From NCBI GenBank assembly GCA_002633005.1, contig NMRA01000346.1:258579-322578 (forward strand): a stretch of 64,000 nucleotides of DNA. Direction: 5' to 3'. A model generated the notes under the pieces. It was not told the origin of the DNA and made no database searches. It saw only the letters and a list, made by a program, of their open reading frames with translations. Shown here in pieces: positions 13,197 through 26,522 of this stretch (within the stretch, counting starts at the first letter, position 1; each line of letters opens with the position of its first letter). This DNA comes from Phoronis australis (Eukaryota > Animalia > Phoronida). Position numbers and translations under genes: made by a program.

Positions 13197-14320
13197 GGGA
13201 ACAGACCACTATTTCGAAGGTTCACTACTCGAACGTTCACTATTCCGAAGGTTCACTACTTCGAAGATTAACTACTTCGAAGATTCACTGCTCCAAAAAT
13301 ATCCAAATCTTCAAACTCAGATGTGATTTTTAACCTTTAACATGCAAAATAAACGATATTTTGGTTATTAGATGGACCTATACCGACGACAACGCCCGGG
13401 CATTAAAACACTTTGGATTTCACGTAGACGGTGACCACCGTCTCCAGCTGACAAGCACAACTTAGGAAACGGTGGTCAGATTTCCCTGTACATGAGAAAT
13501 AGCCCGCATGTCATAAAATGAGTACGCACTTGCATTTTTAAATGATATGAAGTAGAATACTGATGAATTATCAACCATGACACAGTCATCAAATCCATGT
13601 TAAGATGGCATTGCAATGCGACGCACACGGCCGGATCAAAAGTAAATAAAGTTAGTAGGCCAGCCTGTCCCTGCCAGTCCTCACGAAGTCAGGGAGTTCC
13701 ATTCAGTCCTCTTAAATTTGAAACCGCCGTTGGTCGCCGCAGCCTTGACGCGTGCCCCAGATGTTGTCTCTGCTTGAGAATAAGTCGTGACCACACAATC
13801 AATAGTAGTATCTTTGTACTCGAGAATGGAACTCAAAATTATGTTTGGCATGTTTTACTCTACTTTTGTTCGAATTCAAGATAAGTGTCTATTATTCTAT
13901 GCTCGAGTACATAATGACTTACCTGGATGATTTATTAATCCTAGTAAGCCGTTCATAAACCCAACATTAAAGCTAAAAGTTCGTGTTTGAACTCGATATT
14001 TCGAATTTTACTAGATTTTGTAGCACGAATGTAAGGGTCTACAAGTGCAAACTATACAAACTCATATGCATAAACTATAATTATTCGACCACAGTCTGAT
14101 AACCACTTATCTTGAGTTCGCACAAAAGGAGCAGAGGAATTGCCAAAAATAATTTCGAGTTCGTTTCGAGTACAAAGATTAGAGACAGGGACCTGGTTTT
14201 GGAATAGTTGAAATTCGAAGTAGTGAATTTTAGAAGGTAACGAACCTTCGGAGTAGTGGACATTCGGAGTGCTGGACCTTCTGAGTATTGAACCTTCGTC
14301 ATAGTGACATGGAACATTGG
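13197..14320. mobile_element. Element with inverted arms made of 16-bp tandem units (GAAGGTTCACTATTCC), interrupted by nested insertions
   Basis: About 5 units on + at 13205-13295 and about 7 reverse-complement units at 14197-14312. Confidence 0.7.
13803..14192 (-). mobile_element. PIF/Harbinger-like MITE, family D copy 2 (inverted, nested)
   Basis: Reverse-complement match to 11188-11591 throughout. Ends AAAGATTAGAGACAGGGAC. Confidence 0.85.
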
Positions 14321-16139
14321 AAATCTTTTTCATTACGTTTGTAGCTCATATGAAGTCTGCAGGGTTGTGCACCATTGACATTGATTGACTAGAGAAGATT
14401 TTCATTGACTAAAGTTGAGGTCTTTTCAGTCATAACGTGAAAGTGCTCGGCGGGGTATTCTCAGTGCAAGAAAACATGGTGGCTGAATGTCTGGTTTTTG
14501 AGCACAACAGAGGACAGCCTGTAATGAACTCACTGAATTTAAAAGAAAGGAAACGCACACACGTGTACACGCATTGATGTCAATTCAACAATCCACAATC
14601 AAAGCGGACACTGGATGAACAACATATTTGCATATTGGACGATCACTTTCAATTCAAACTTTAAAAACGCCAACACTATGCTCGCAATTAAACCAAAATA
14701 GCAGAACAACAAATTTCAGTTTTCTGCTGTTTGGTTTCTTGGCCGAGTTTAAGGCATTCACGCCACACTATTTTTTGGGAACTCTCTCGTTGTTATGACG
14801 TTGCTTACTTATATCGTAGGGATAGACTTTTATGCTTAGTATAGACATTCAATTCTAGACTCCCTTGTTATCCTTTGGTCAGTAGCCACCACGCGCGTAG
14901 TTTATGAATAACATAGTCTACTCTTATCGTATGCGCGATCCTGTCATATACACAAACACCGGCACTAGGGCTAATTTGGCCGAGTACGTCCCGATGCCAC
15001 GTGAAGCGATTTCAATCAGAAGCAAATTCAAATTCACAAATTTATTACTAACTTAGTTGTCATCGTACTTAGTAGCACTAGTAGCTGAAACAATTTTGTT
15101 GTTGTTGTTGTTGTTCATTTATATCATATCTTTAACGAATATGCTGGGCGGGCTGGACCTTTTCAGCGGGGGAGGGGTTCGATCGAACTCCCCGAACCCT
15201 CTGGCTGTAACTATTAATAATAAAAGTAAAAAGGTGAAACAAACTAGAATCATTATTTGATTCAACTGCAAATCAGTCACGGATTCCAAAGGGATTATAC
15301 ATAGTGGTTGGATACCCCCTCCCCCAATGTGGATACCCGGGGCCGTCGCCACCATGACTGAGAACAATCTATGAGTAATTAATTTGAACGTGTTTTATAT
15401 TCACTATGAAGACAAAAAGCGAACAGTTCCATTGCCCACATGTCTGTGTCGTGCAAATGAAATTATTGTCAATCTAACTAAAACTGAAAAACTATCAGGA
15501 CTCGTTATTCCCACAATTTTCCCCATCTGGCGTAGTTTGTGCGATTCAGGGCGAAAAAATACATGTATCATGGTCGGGGAAAATGTTGATAAAGTACTGA
15601 CGTCATTGGTCTTGGGCTCGGTTTATGAGAAAGATGTAGATTGTCCAAAACTGAACAGTTTTCCCAAATCTGCCATTAAACACTGTGTGAAATGAAGGAT
15701 TTCGGCGCGCATACACAACGCAGACAACTGCAAAAGACGGCATTTCGATTATTTCTCGTTTTAGCAGTTGCATCAAATGACTCGTCCGAAGACAGAGGGA
15801 CGCTGTTTAGACTGGTAAAATAGGACAACAAAAAATTGAAATTCGTGCAAACACAATGTGCAATCCCTCACGGACGGATTTTGGTTTTGTTTTTAATAGT
15901 GAATCACGTAGAGTATTCCGCTGTTGTCGCATAGACTTGTGAGGCTGTTCCAACAAGCGCGATGTTTCTGGTTTTCATGCCCTGACGTAAGCTTGCGGAC
16001 AAAAATCTCTCACCTTGTGTGGTGACTTACGTCGTACGGACTCACTGGCTTTATTAAAAAGTGCCTGGTTGCTCAATGTGATGCTTATTCAGCGTGAATG
16101 GGCTTAAGTAATCAATTTTGTTTCGACTCTTTATAATTT

Positions 16140-16432
16140 GTCTGACGGGGGCACCACACCGCTGAAATTGTTTGGCATCTTACTTTTGTGCCACGTGCAG
16201 TGATGCAGAACCTCGTGCAATTCAACTCAGGTACTTGGGCGTGTTTGGCGGGGATAACCCACCACTAGATTTGTCTGGCAGTATTCATTCGTGATACCTA
16301 AGCTCACGGTGAATATTTTGCAAGTGGCTTCATGCGGTTACCTCTTGGGTTGATCTACCTCAATTGTTTACCTTGTTTATAAGCGTCTGGCTGTTACTCC
16401 CCACCACGGAAATTGTCTGACAGTGACCAGAT
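16140..16432 (-). repeat. Inverted partial copy of the family E array
   Basis: CATGCGGTTACCTCTTGG, CCCACCACTAGATTTGTC and TTACCTTGTTTATAAGCGTCTGGCTG are reverse complements of segments in 12170-12470. Confidence 0.85.
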
Positions 16433-16719
16433 ACTAGCAGACGATATTTTCCCGGTCGAAGCTTAGCGTGATAAAATGTGTCGTAAGCTATAATAGTTGC
16501 TAATCCTTAATTTATAGATTCACTTTATTTCTATTTTGTTTAAATTTTCAATTGGTTTTGAGTATAAGCATTATTTGACAAAAATAGCTCGGCTTTTCTT
16601 AAAAGGTCACGACCTCCGACCCCGGGCCTCTGACATATAAAGTAGTTACAAAAACCGAGGCGAGTCGAGAAAGGTAGATCGATTCATTGCAACGTTTCTC
16701 ATTCACTATGTGGTATAAG

Positions 16720-16885
16720 TAGATTATTACATGTTCTCAGTCGTTATCCCCCTTATCTAGAGCCTCGTGGATTTTGGAGAATTATCACTCTCCGGGCTAA
16801 CGCCCCTCGGGCGATTATTCTCCAAAATCCACTTGGGCTCTACAGTAGATAACGGGTGATAACGACTTCGCCATGTAATAATCTA
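16720..16885. mobile_element. Foldback/hairpin MITE (~165 bp palindrome)
   Basis: TAGATTATTACATG...TGGATTTTGGAGAAT / ATTCTCCAAAATCCA...CATGTAATAATCTA. The arms pair almost to the centre. Confidence 0.88.
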
Positions 16886-17976
16886 TATATCTATTTTAGA
16901 TACCAGGATATGCAGGTAATTTTTAAATGTGCATAATTCTAGGTTTACGATCAACGGACGATTGATTAGAATTCACCGCAATTTTTTTAAGTGTCAGAAA
17001 ATGTCTTTTAATGGACAAGAAATGATAAAGAGGCTGCAGGAAACTGTTATTAAAATTGGCAATCACATTATGCGCAGTAATTCAATTGTATACATGAAGA
17101 TATCGGTGACTATGGTTAGATTCTACTTAACGATAATTAACGACCAGTCATCTAAATTGATCCGGTTACAATGTTTACAGACGGATGTACATGTACGGCA
17201 ACTAAACAGGTTGTTCCACCCGTTTGTCGCTTACAGTTGCACTAAACTTGTGCAAAGGAATAGGCTATAAAATTAAACTCGACACGGGGATGTTTGGGTC
17301 TTAATATAGCAGGGCCAGGACTGAAAAAAATCTAAAATAACTTGGCAGTAAACAAAATACAACTCGACAACGATGACTCCATCACGTCTCGTTTTCGTTA
17401 ATATCATTGCTTTACATCCTGTGACGTTACTGTCAATCAATTTCATGAGGAAAACGTTCCAGCTAAATCGGAACATTATACTGTGTGGTTTAAAAATAAA
17501 AAAGTTAATTAACGCATTTTTTTCTTTCAACCCGCATTGTCCTTGATTGGATGTTCGTCTTGACAACCCGGGGTTTAATTATGTGCATTTAGTTATATTC
17601 TTGGTTCATTATAGTCCCAATGCAAATACCCCAACCAACAGCACACCAAAGGGCCTTTTTATCATCGATTCTTTGAAAATGGCTTTTGTAGTCAGACTCT
17701 CGTGATGTTGATCAAAAAATCTTATGTGACTGAAGGTGGAAAGCCTTTTTCTGCCTTGTGTTTAATCCTACACAAGTAACTTTGTGTAAATAACTAAAGT
17801 TCCGTTACCTGATTGTAATATTGTGATATTCCTTTTCCGCAGGCTTGGGATTCTTTCTTGTCATTAATTCATTTCACTGGTTGGTGGACAACGTGTAAAA
17901 ACATTAGGAACATTTTATCTTGACCATTGGAGATCATAGAGCCAATAACTTAATTGTTTTAAATTTAGTACAGGTT

Positions 17977-18700
17977 TTAGTAAACGGCCTCAGTCCAATA
18001 CATCTCGTTTTGTAAGGGGAGCATCGCTTGAGGGGTCAAACAGCTGTATGACCCAACAAAGATGTCAACAAAGCTTGATATCATTTGTAACGGGTTCAAG
18101 TCGTCAGTGCTTAACGTTGTCCTCCATAGAGGGCAGTAGCAGATCAGTTTCACAACAGCAGTTCCTGTCACAAAATCAAATAAACATTAACTCAATTTTG
18201 ATTTAGAACAGGTATCGTTAGAGATCCATCGCAATTCGTTCCTAACTCAGATGCGAAGTTATTTCCGAGTGTGAAAAGAACTGACAGCTCGTTTTAAGAA
18301 GACGCTCGGCGCATAAAATGACACGCCGTGACAAACCAACAGGTCTCACGCAATAACGACCTGTCAATTCTTTTGAAACCCCGAAATTGCGTCCAATTTA
18401 CTAAGAAACAACTTGAAACAAATTTCCCCACGGTTAGAGGTTTGGAAATGTTTTTGGAAGGCGGCTGTGTATACCTGCTTTAAGACAGAGGTTATGGGGT
18501 TACAGAAAATTAGTGCATGTCTCACACAATACAGGCTCTCTGTCAGCGAACACACTCGGGCATTCTACACGCAAAGCTAAACTATATTCACGATTTTAGT
18601 AACGTGTGTAAATGATTAAAGAACGATAAGTACTTACCTGTCCTAGTGAGTCGTCTCGTTGCCTGCAGCCTCAGCTGTACAATAACAGGCGGGCAGCGAC
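17977..18700 (-). other. Candidate spliced exon pair (intron 18165-18637) of an unidentified, possibly non-coding transcript
   Basis: Consensus donor CAG|GTAAGT at 18638/18637 and T-rich acceptor TGTTTATTTGATTTTGTGACAG| at 18165/18164. The downstream frame is open to TAA at 17977. No recognisable protein and no in-frame upstream ATG. Confidence 0.3.
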
Positions 18701-19769
18701 TATAGCACGTGTATCAGCTTTGAGCGCGTAAGAATATAGCCAGGTACCAGCCCGATTTCCTCTACTCGCAGAATATACCCTACAAGGTTTAAGTAGAAGT
18801 AGGAATTAATCAATAATCAACTAAGGTAATTCATAATGCATGCGGCTATTATTGCAATGGTTTTCCTATAATCGAATAATAGACACCATTTTTACCAACG
18901 GTAGCCGCGTGTCCGACAAACACGGAATGTATGTTACGCTAATTTTGTCATGTTCATCACGGTGTGACACATTTGCTCTTAATGAAAGGAGGTGACATTG
19001 ATATCGCAGGTGCTCCAATCTTGCATAAACTGTCAGTTATCATGAGCAATTACAGAACGAGAACAACTTTTTGTTGATAGCGTTACGGCTTAAACCTGGC
19101 ATTAATATTTCGATTTCCCTGTGTATCGTGGGGTTAACCTCGCTACATACTGTTGAAGAAAACAGTCGTTAGAGGGAGGTAAGAAACTGTCACAACCAAA
19201 TTGAGGAAGCTGTGGTGTGTAAATTACTCTTAGACCAGACGTGTATGTGTGACAGGCGCACTAGCTATACATGCGCATGTCTTACATAAGAAAGCCACAG
19301 TGTGTAATGGTCAAATGGGAAATTTTCAGTTCGATTAGTGCAGAAAACTGGTACCCCCACTTCAAGTCGTGATGTGTCCAGCCCACAGCGTGGACGGATC
19401 TATCGAATCAAGTGGGAATGCTTCGAATGATTTTCACAGGAGAGACCAGTGAACGCATATCGTGCGTTTATATTTAAAAGGGGTCTGAACTGCATTTAGC
19501 ATATTAATAGAAAACACTAATCATGCACACAACCTGTTTTGTGACCAACGCAACTTTCGCAAACGTTTAATTTTTCGGCGGTCAATCAAAAATAGCCAGA
19601 TGAGATGAACTGGTTATTAAACCAAACACCTATTAAATGAGCTCCACTCTGACCACAGTAGAGCCCTGAAAACATGAAGAAACTTAATAAAGTTGCCCTA
19701 TTTTATGACACGATTTTTGTGAAGATTCCAAAGCTAATGGAAGATATTCGAATATACAGCCAATGTTAC

Positions 19770-19890
19770 CTTTCCTGTAAAATCTAGCCTGATTGGTGTC
19801 GTTACTTTCGCATTTAAAAAACGCTGCATATAATACATAAGACATCGCTGTGAATAATGTTTTTCTAAGCCATGTGTAAGCAGTACATGT
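19770..19890 (+). repeat. Old dispersed repeat fragment shared with ~31610-31790
   Basis: Shared 17-mer ACTTTCGCATTTAAAAA with similar flanks. Both ORF-track peptides contain FLNAKVT. Confidence 0.55.
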
Positions 19891-22800
19891 ATATAGGAAG
19901 ACAAGTGTACGGTCCGTAACATAAGGCTTGCGTCAACGCAGTGCTGCAAAGTAACACCAAAGCCATACACGAGCGGACGTATACATCGATATGGAATGAC
20001 GATCCCTCTCTGGTATCAAACAGATTATATCTTCATTGTTGCCTTTGAGTGAAATGTGGTGACCAAAGAAAACACGCACTTAAATAAGTAAAATTAGCGT
20101 ATAATATAAACAACGCTAATTATAACCTTAAGAGCCGAAAGATGTTTGGTGCAGATTTGGACGAGGTTTGCTGTTAATTATTTGAAAATTAAAATTATCA
20201 TAGTTTTGCCCTCAAAATCCCTCCCACCAGAGTTGCCATCAACACACTGACAAAGTTGGTTAAAAACGGAAATCGCTGTGTGCTTTCAATGAAGCGTAAC
20301 TAGTTCTCGGTTTTTGAAGAAGCGCCTGCCTTGTGGACAAACCAAGCCAACCCTCGCGGTGTTCGGGCGCGAAGAACGACCCTGACCTAGCGGACATCCC
20401 CCGACAGGTGAACCCGATAAGCCAACTATCTGAATAACGAAACCAATCAGTATAGCCTGTCTTAAACCTGATTTATAAGTTTAATTTAAACCAGAAAGTT
20501 AATCATGCAGAAACAATTTATACATTATGATGACGGTCTGGGGCAGACGTGACGATTGCCGGCATGTTATTTTAGGGCCCTTGCGAGGACCAGGGTAGAT
20601 TTCAATAGCTGTCTCGCGGCGAGAGCAATCTGACCAAAACCACGTGGCCTAATTGAAAATACACGGCAATATCTCAAGTAATCTCTACCCCGGATGATTG
20701 CAAGGGGCACGAGAAGGTTCTGCGAATGTTCTTTATTTGTATTAGTAGTTCGTGTTTTATTTTCACATAGCAAATCGTAACACAAACCAAACGAGGCGAA
20801 ACGTCTCTCAAAATTATTTACTTACAACGGTCGACTTTTGAAATAAACAGAAGTGAACAAAACCCGCGTGTGTAGTCAACAGCCATATTATAGGATGACA
20901 CTTGTAAAAGGATTGAAACAAACAAAACGCAACGAAATGATCGAGGAAAGTCACTTTCACAAAAAGTACACTTTTTACGGGAACAAGTGCCTTTGAATGG
21001 GTCATACAGTAAGGTTACTGAGGACATGTAGTTAAAACTATATAAATGAACACATTTCCAAGCACGACAAAATGTGACTGAAATTGTCCACACGTTCCAT
21101 TCAATAACCAGCAGTACATGTATGCCTTCAACACTAACAAGATTTCGATACTGTTTAAGCACCGACGGAAAAGCTACATCGAAAGAATGACAGTCTAGTG
21201 GTTACATGATCAAACTATTGACAGCGACAACTGGGTCTTAAGCCGGAATTCCAAGCGAGAGGCTAAAGAAGAGAATCTCCATGATAAGAGCGATGAAACA
21301 AAGTAATCTAAAACGATGAAGATAATCGGATCACTACAGTAATCCCACAACAGTGCAAAGTCTGCAAAGTGATGTTGCAGAACTTTAATTGCCATACAGA
21401 CAACTACCCAATGTACATGTACGCTGAAATGCAACCGAGAATCAACACTGCATGTTCCAGGCTTGCACATTTTGCTGGTTGAGTGGAAGCACAAACACAC
21501 ACACGCACACACACACAATTTATGCGCTGACGGTACACTTTGTGATGGCGAGTTTCGTTCAAGAATAATGGGATAACAAAGCGTACTTTACATAGGATAC
21601 TACACGCTAAAAGGGAGAACATTGAAGGGTACATGTACATGTACACGGTGTGCTGAAAAGCCTGTTATGCACAAGAAAATTAAAGAAACGTGACTGACGT
21701 TGTAAAGGAGCTACAAAAATGGGAATAAATTCACAGCTGACTAACCATAGAGTTTCGCGAAATAAAGGTATTATTGGTAGGGTCAAGTTTAAGTAGGCCT
21801 CTTACAATGAAACCATCGTTCTTACTTCCGAAAATTTGGGATATACTTTTTGAAGTTACTGGTTTCTACTACTAGAGCCACAAGACAGCAACATCCGTTG
21901 TGTTTTCCGGTTTCATTAAAAATCGACAATTCCTGCCGTTGTCTGCCAAACATTTGCTGACTTTACCACTTAAGTACGTTTACGATACTTTGTCATTCAT
22001 TGAATTCGATCTCGTCAACAGAGCTGCGAACGCGAAGGTCCCGGGTCAAATGCACGCTGGGGCTTTCTCGCCCATACATGTATCGTCGTTTTTTACTTAA
22101 ACGTTGACTTGAGTTTCTTAAAATTGCAGGCATTGATTGAGGCTCACCTTTCCGTTTGATGGTCAAATTTGAGATACACTCTATCACAGTGCTACGAAAG
22201 GTAATCGAAGTAAACAAAATCAATGAAACCCCGACCCAGTGGCTTCAGTCCAAACAAATTCAGTGCATACAAGGCGTGTGCAAGTGATGACGGTGTGATC
22301 GGTAAACTTCCGACCAAGCATGCGCATTGATGCCCACACACACAATTACGTGTATTGTTCATCATTTCCACAGGGCCACTTTTCAGTATAGGTGGCGCTG
22401 GGTCGGAGAGCAGAATTAGTGACGGAACATACAAATGAGATCCCGTGCGCAAAGAATGAAAAATGCCTTACTGAACTCATGAAAGTTAGTGATTTCCATC
22501 ATTCATTGACACGTGGCATTAAACATAATGTTTGAATTTATTAAGAAAGTGTATGCATACTTTTGGACGTATTTTTGTTAAATTTGCCACATTTTAATAA
22601 ACCTGGGATATATTTTGAACTTTAAAATCTATTGTTGTAAAGACAGTGCAAAAATACAGAGCTTACTCGAACTTTGCGCCACACTTTCGGTTTTAGGAAG
22701 TCATTGGGTTAGTAGTAATCGTAATGGTAGACGTAACAGATTTGGCCATGAGGGTAGTGATAGTGGTAGTCAGTGGTAGTAGATTCCTACTCCAGTCAAG

Positions 22801-24205
22801 AAAAGGTATAGACTTCCTTGCCCAGTCACCTTTACCCTCCAAGGGTTTCCTTGTTGGGAGAAGTGGAGACGGAGGGAAAGCAGTCCTCGTAACTAAGACT
22901 TCCGCTCATACAACCACGGGCAGAATTTAATTAAATCCAGCGGGCATTGGCAGATTTGAGCATGTCACTTAATTACAGTCTAGACTCTTGTAACCTCGTT
23001 GTCATTATGACTCTTTTCTAATCACACAATCAACGATCCAATAGCAATGTGAGCACTGCAGTCGTTCCGATGAAATAGCATTTGTCCGCCGGAAATGATC
23101 TCCTTGTCATGATTGCATTCAAAGGCCGTCTGTCGGCCGAAGTGAATACGGACCTACATGTTCGTCTTTTTAAAAGAAAAACGAAAGAAATGGCGTGGGT
23201 TCATATGTATTTCTGACTTTGAGGATACCACGAACCGGATTGGCGATGACATACATGTACATGTATTCTTCTGCATGTCCTTCGCAACTCACCTTTGGTT
23301 GTCGGGATGACTTTGAATATTTCATAGCTTCGCAAGTACACGGAGTAACGAATACTTGAGTATTTAGTATCAGCCAGTAATATCAGTTATACCATTGTTA
23401 TCCGCACGTCGTGCCAATAGCACGCAGTCTTCCAAAAGCGTCACTTATCACCCGTCCAAAATCCATACTAGAAGCAGCGCGTGCAAATAGATACTTACAC
23501 ATAAGCGGCAACTTACTGCTTGCATAGTCATTTCAGATGTGTAGTGAAACACGGAGAAATTAATATAGCGTCGGTAATCAATTTTCCCTTTTGTCAATTG
23601 CCAGTTTAAACAGCATGTTTAGTTTCGAATGTCGAATTCAAATAAAACCGCGTGTCATCGCTGTCTCTTATTGTCAGCCGAACGAATAGTCATCGTCGTT
23701 TGGTTTGTTGACAGAATTCCGATAAAGGAACATGAAATAGTAATCAGATATATGTACATTTCCTCGATCACTGACACACATTCGTTTTAGTTCTAAATAC
23801 TTTTCTCCATGAATCAAACATTGGTAAACTATGTCCATAGCAAGAGATATACATGTAGACGCGATTTTGGATTATTTTACGAATAGGGGCGCAGCTGCTT
23901 GTTTATTACCGCTCAAGAACTTGCTGGTATACGCGTCATTTCCTAAAAAATACTATAAAGGATGTAATGTTGATCGAAACACGTGTATTCTTCATCTTAT
24001 ATCATACAATGCCATGTTTGGCTCTAACGTTTGCATGATTACATGTATATAGCTACGTGTATAACGGAGAATAGTATCATTGACATGGTTCTCTTCTTGT
24101 TTCATTTGAGTTTGAAAACTCCATGAAGCTTACTTTTAATCGCAAACCACCACCGAATGATTCATTTTCAACACAGCATGATTTGCTCAAAGAGAACAGA
24201 AGTTG

Positions 24206-24549
<344 letters not shown>

Positions 24550-24889
24550 CTTTACATTAAAAATTCACCGATGGTGCATCAACAAAATGACCGACTCGAA
24601 TAAACGATAGTTATAGCAGCTACACACCCACGTTTTGTTAAAGATACGATCATCCCATGCAGATACATGTATGCTGTAGGTCACTCATGATATAAAGGTA
24701 GTCTCAACTAGTTCATTACTCAGAGTGTCTAGTATTGGCAAGCATTGACATTTCGCCGTTGCTCGTGTCCATGCTTGGCTCGTTAGAATTTTCCGCCAAC
24801 TTGTTGATCCCGTTTACCAGCATGAACGAACTCTCTGTCCAGTTTCCACGCCCAGAAATCACATCAAATCGTCAATACTTAATACCAAT

Positions 24890-25441
24890 AGCTTAATTTG
24901 ATCGAAATAGCCTCGCCATATTGAGATTCGCTATCTCGCCCGACCACGATCATGGCCTTGGTGAACAGGTGTTCAGCGCCACCTACAGGTGCTATGTAAT
25001 GCCGACGGGAGGTTTCAGTCTGCTGGTATAACAGCGTTTTAACAACTTTCCTGCTGTCATAATGCCGGAAAATTTCCAATGCTGTGTGATGGGATGTAGC
25101 AGTGCCTTACGGGAAAAAAAGCAAACATTTTGAAGAATCAATGGATGACCGTTGGCATCGTGTTCCATACAATTTCCATTGCAATGAAGTATCCGCGACA
25201 ATTCTTGCCAATGGCTGAGGCTGATAAAGCGGAATAATTGTGATCCCAGTCGGTGTCAAAAAGCTAAAATAAATTACTGAACTTAAAATAATCAAGCAAT
25301 AAGAGGGCCTGACAGTAAAAGTTACTCAACCTCTTTTTAAATTACAGAATTCTTGTCCACTAAATCTCTGCCGCGAACAATCGGAAGTCACTTTCGTGCT
25401 CTCATTACTCTAGAGAGCGCCATTGAATATGGAAAGTCCCA
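24890..25441 (+). mobile_element. THAP-remnant non-autonomous transposon, family B copy 2
   Basis: From ATG at 25062: MPENFQCCVMGCSS ... FH(T) ... FP ... QWLRLIKRNNCDPS with stops and frameshifts, a THAP zinc-finger N-terminal pattern. Right end GAAAGTCCCA|T. Homologous to 7008-7554. Confidence 0.75.
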
Positions 25442-26366
25442 TATTTCACACCTGTGAGTTATCTTTTAAAGAAGGCGGGTTTGTAACAGTTACAGGTATA
25501 ATAAATAAAGTGCACACGTTATTGTAATGTAGGAATTATTTCTACTTTAAGAGGTAATAGGCAGCGAGACACACCCACGTTTCAAGTTGGTGAAGACCAT
25601 GGGGTCTTTTAATACATTTTCATAAAACTGAAAAGTCACTGGATATTATAATGCATTTCGCATCTCCACCTTCAAAAATCTAGTCTACGAACACTACAAA
25701 ATCGATCGTGAACTTATCCGCATTATTTAACGGTCAAATCAGTATGACGTACACAAGGCTCGCCAACATTTTTCCAAAATCCCACCGCTTCAGGAGAACC
25801 ACATGTTCTCTAGAGGTTCCAATAGGTTTTTGGAAGTTTTTTTTCAAGGTTATCAAGATTCTTGAGTTCACAAGTCGAAAGGAAGCGCAGCTAACCGTCA
25901 CAACAAAATGCAACACAGTGAGAGCACAACAATTCATGAGATCATGTCATTAGAAAATTACAATCTGACTTCAAACGCAATTTTAAAAAGTGCGTTTCTA
26001 AAAAAGCCAACCTGAACGACAGGAAGGAACGAGCCTGAAGACAATCTGAACTACAGGAAGGAACGAGCGTGACCAATGTGGCGAAGGATGCACGTGCACA
26101 TGTAACGAAAAGACGTGCTCGCCTGATAATTTATACATTGTAATCGCGATCACTTGATTAGAGTTCATAAAGATATCTGGCACGCTGAAACATCCAGCTC
26201 ATTAAGTGGTTAATAGCCTTTTCATTGTGCCGGCATGTGTTTCATTCGAGTTTAAACGGCCATTAGCGTTGTCGTGTGTAAGACTGTCAATAGACCAAAG
26301 GCATCAGATGAACCTTAACTGATTACAGAATTTTGATCAAAAACTATCAAAAGCTTGAAGAAGGTC

Positions 26367-26522
26367 CAGCGCTGTATTGGGGCGTAGGCGCACGTAGTCG
26401 CGGCTAACCACCTTTTGTCATTTGAACGTAGCTCCTACGCACCGAAAGTTACGTTCAGTGCTCAAGGTGATACGGTGGGCTTTGGACGCTTACTTACCTC
26501 TACTTTTACCATTACAGCACTG
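26367..26522 (+). mobile_element. hAT-like MITE, family A copy 2
   Basis: TIRs CAGCGCTGTATTGG / CCATTACAGCACTG. 8-bp TSD AGAAGGTC / ACAAGGTC. Confidence 0.88.
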
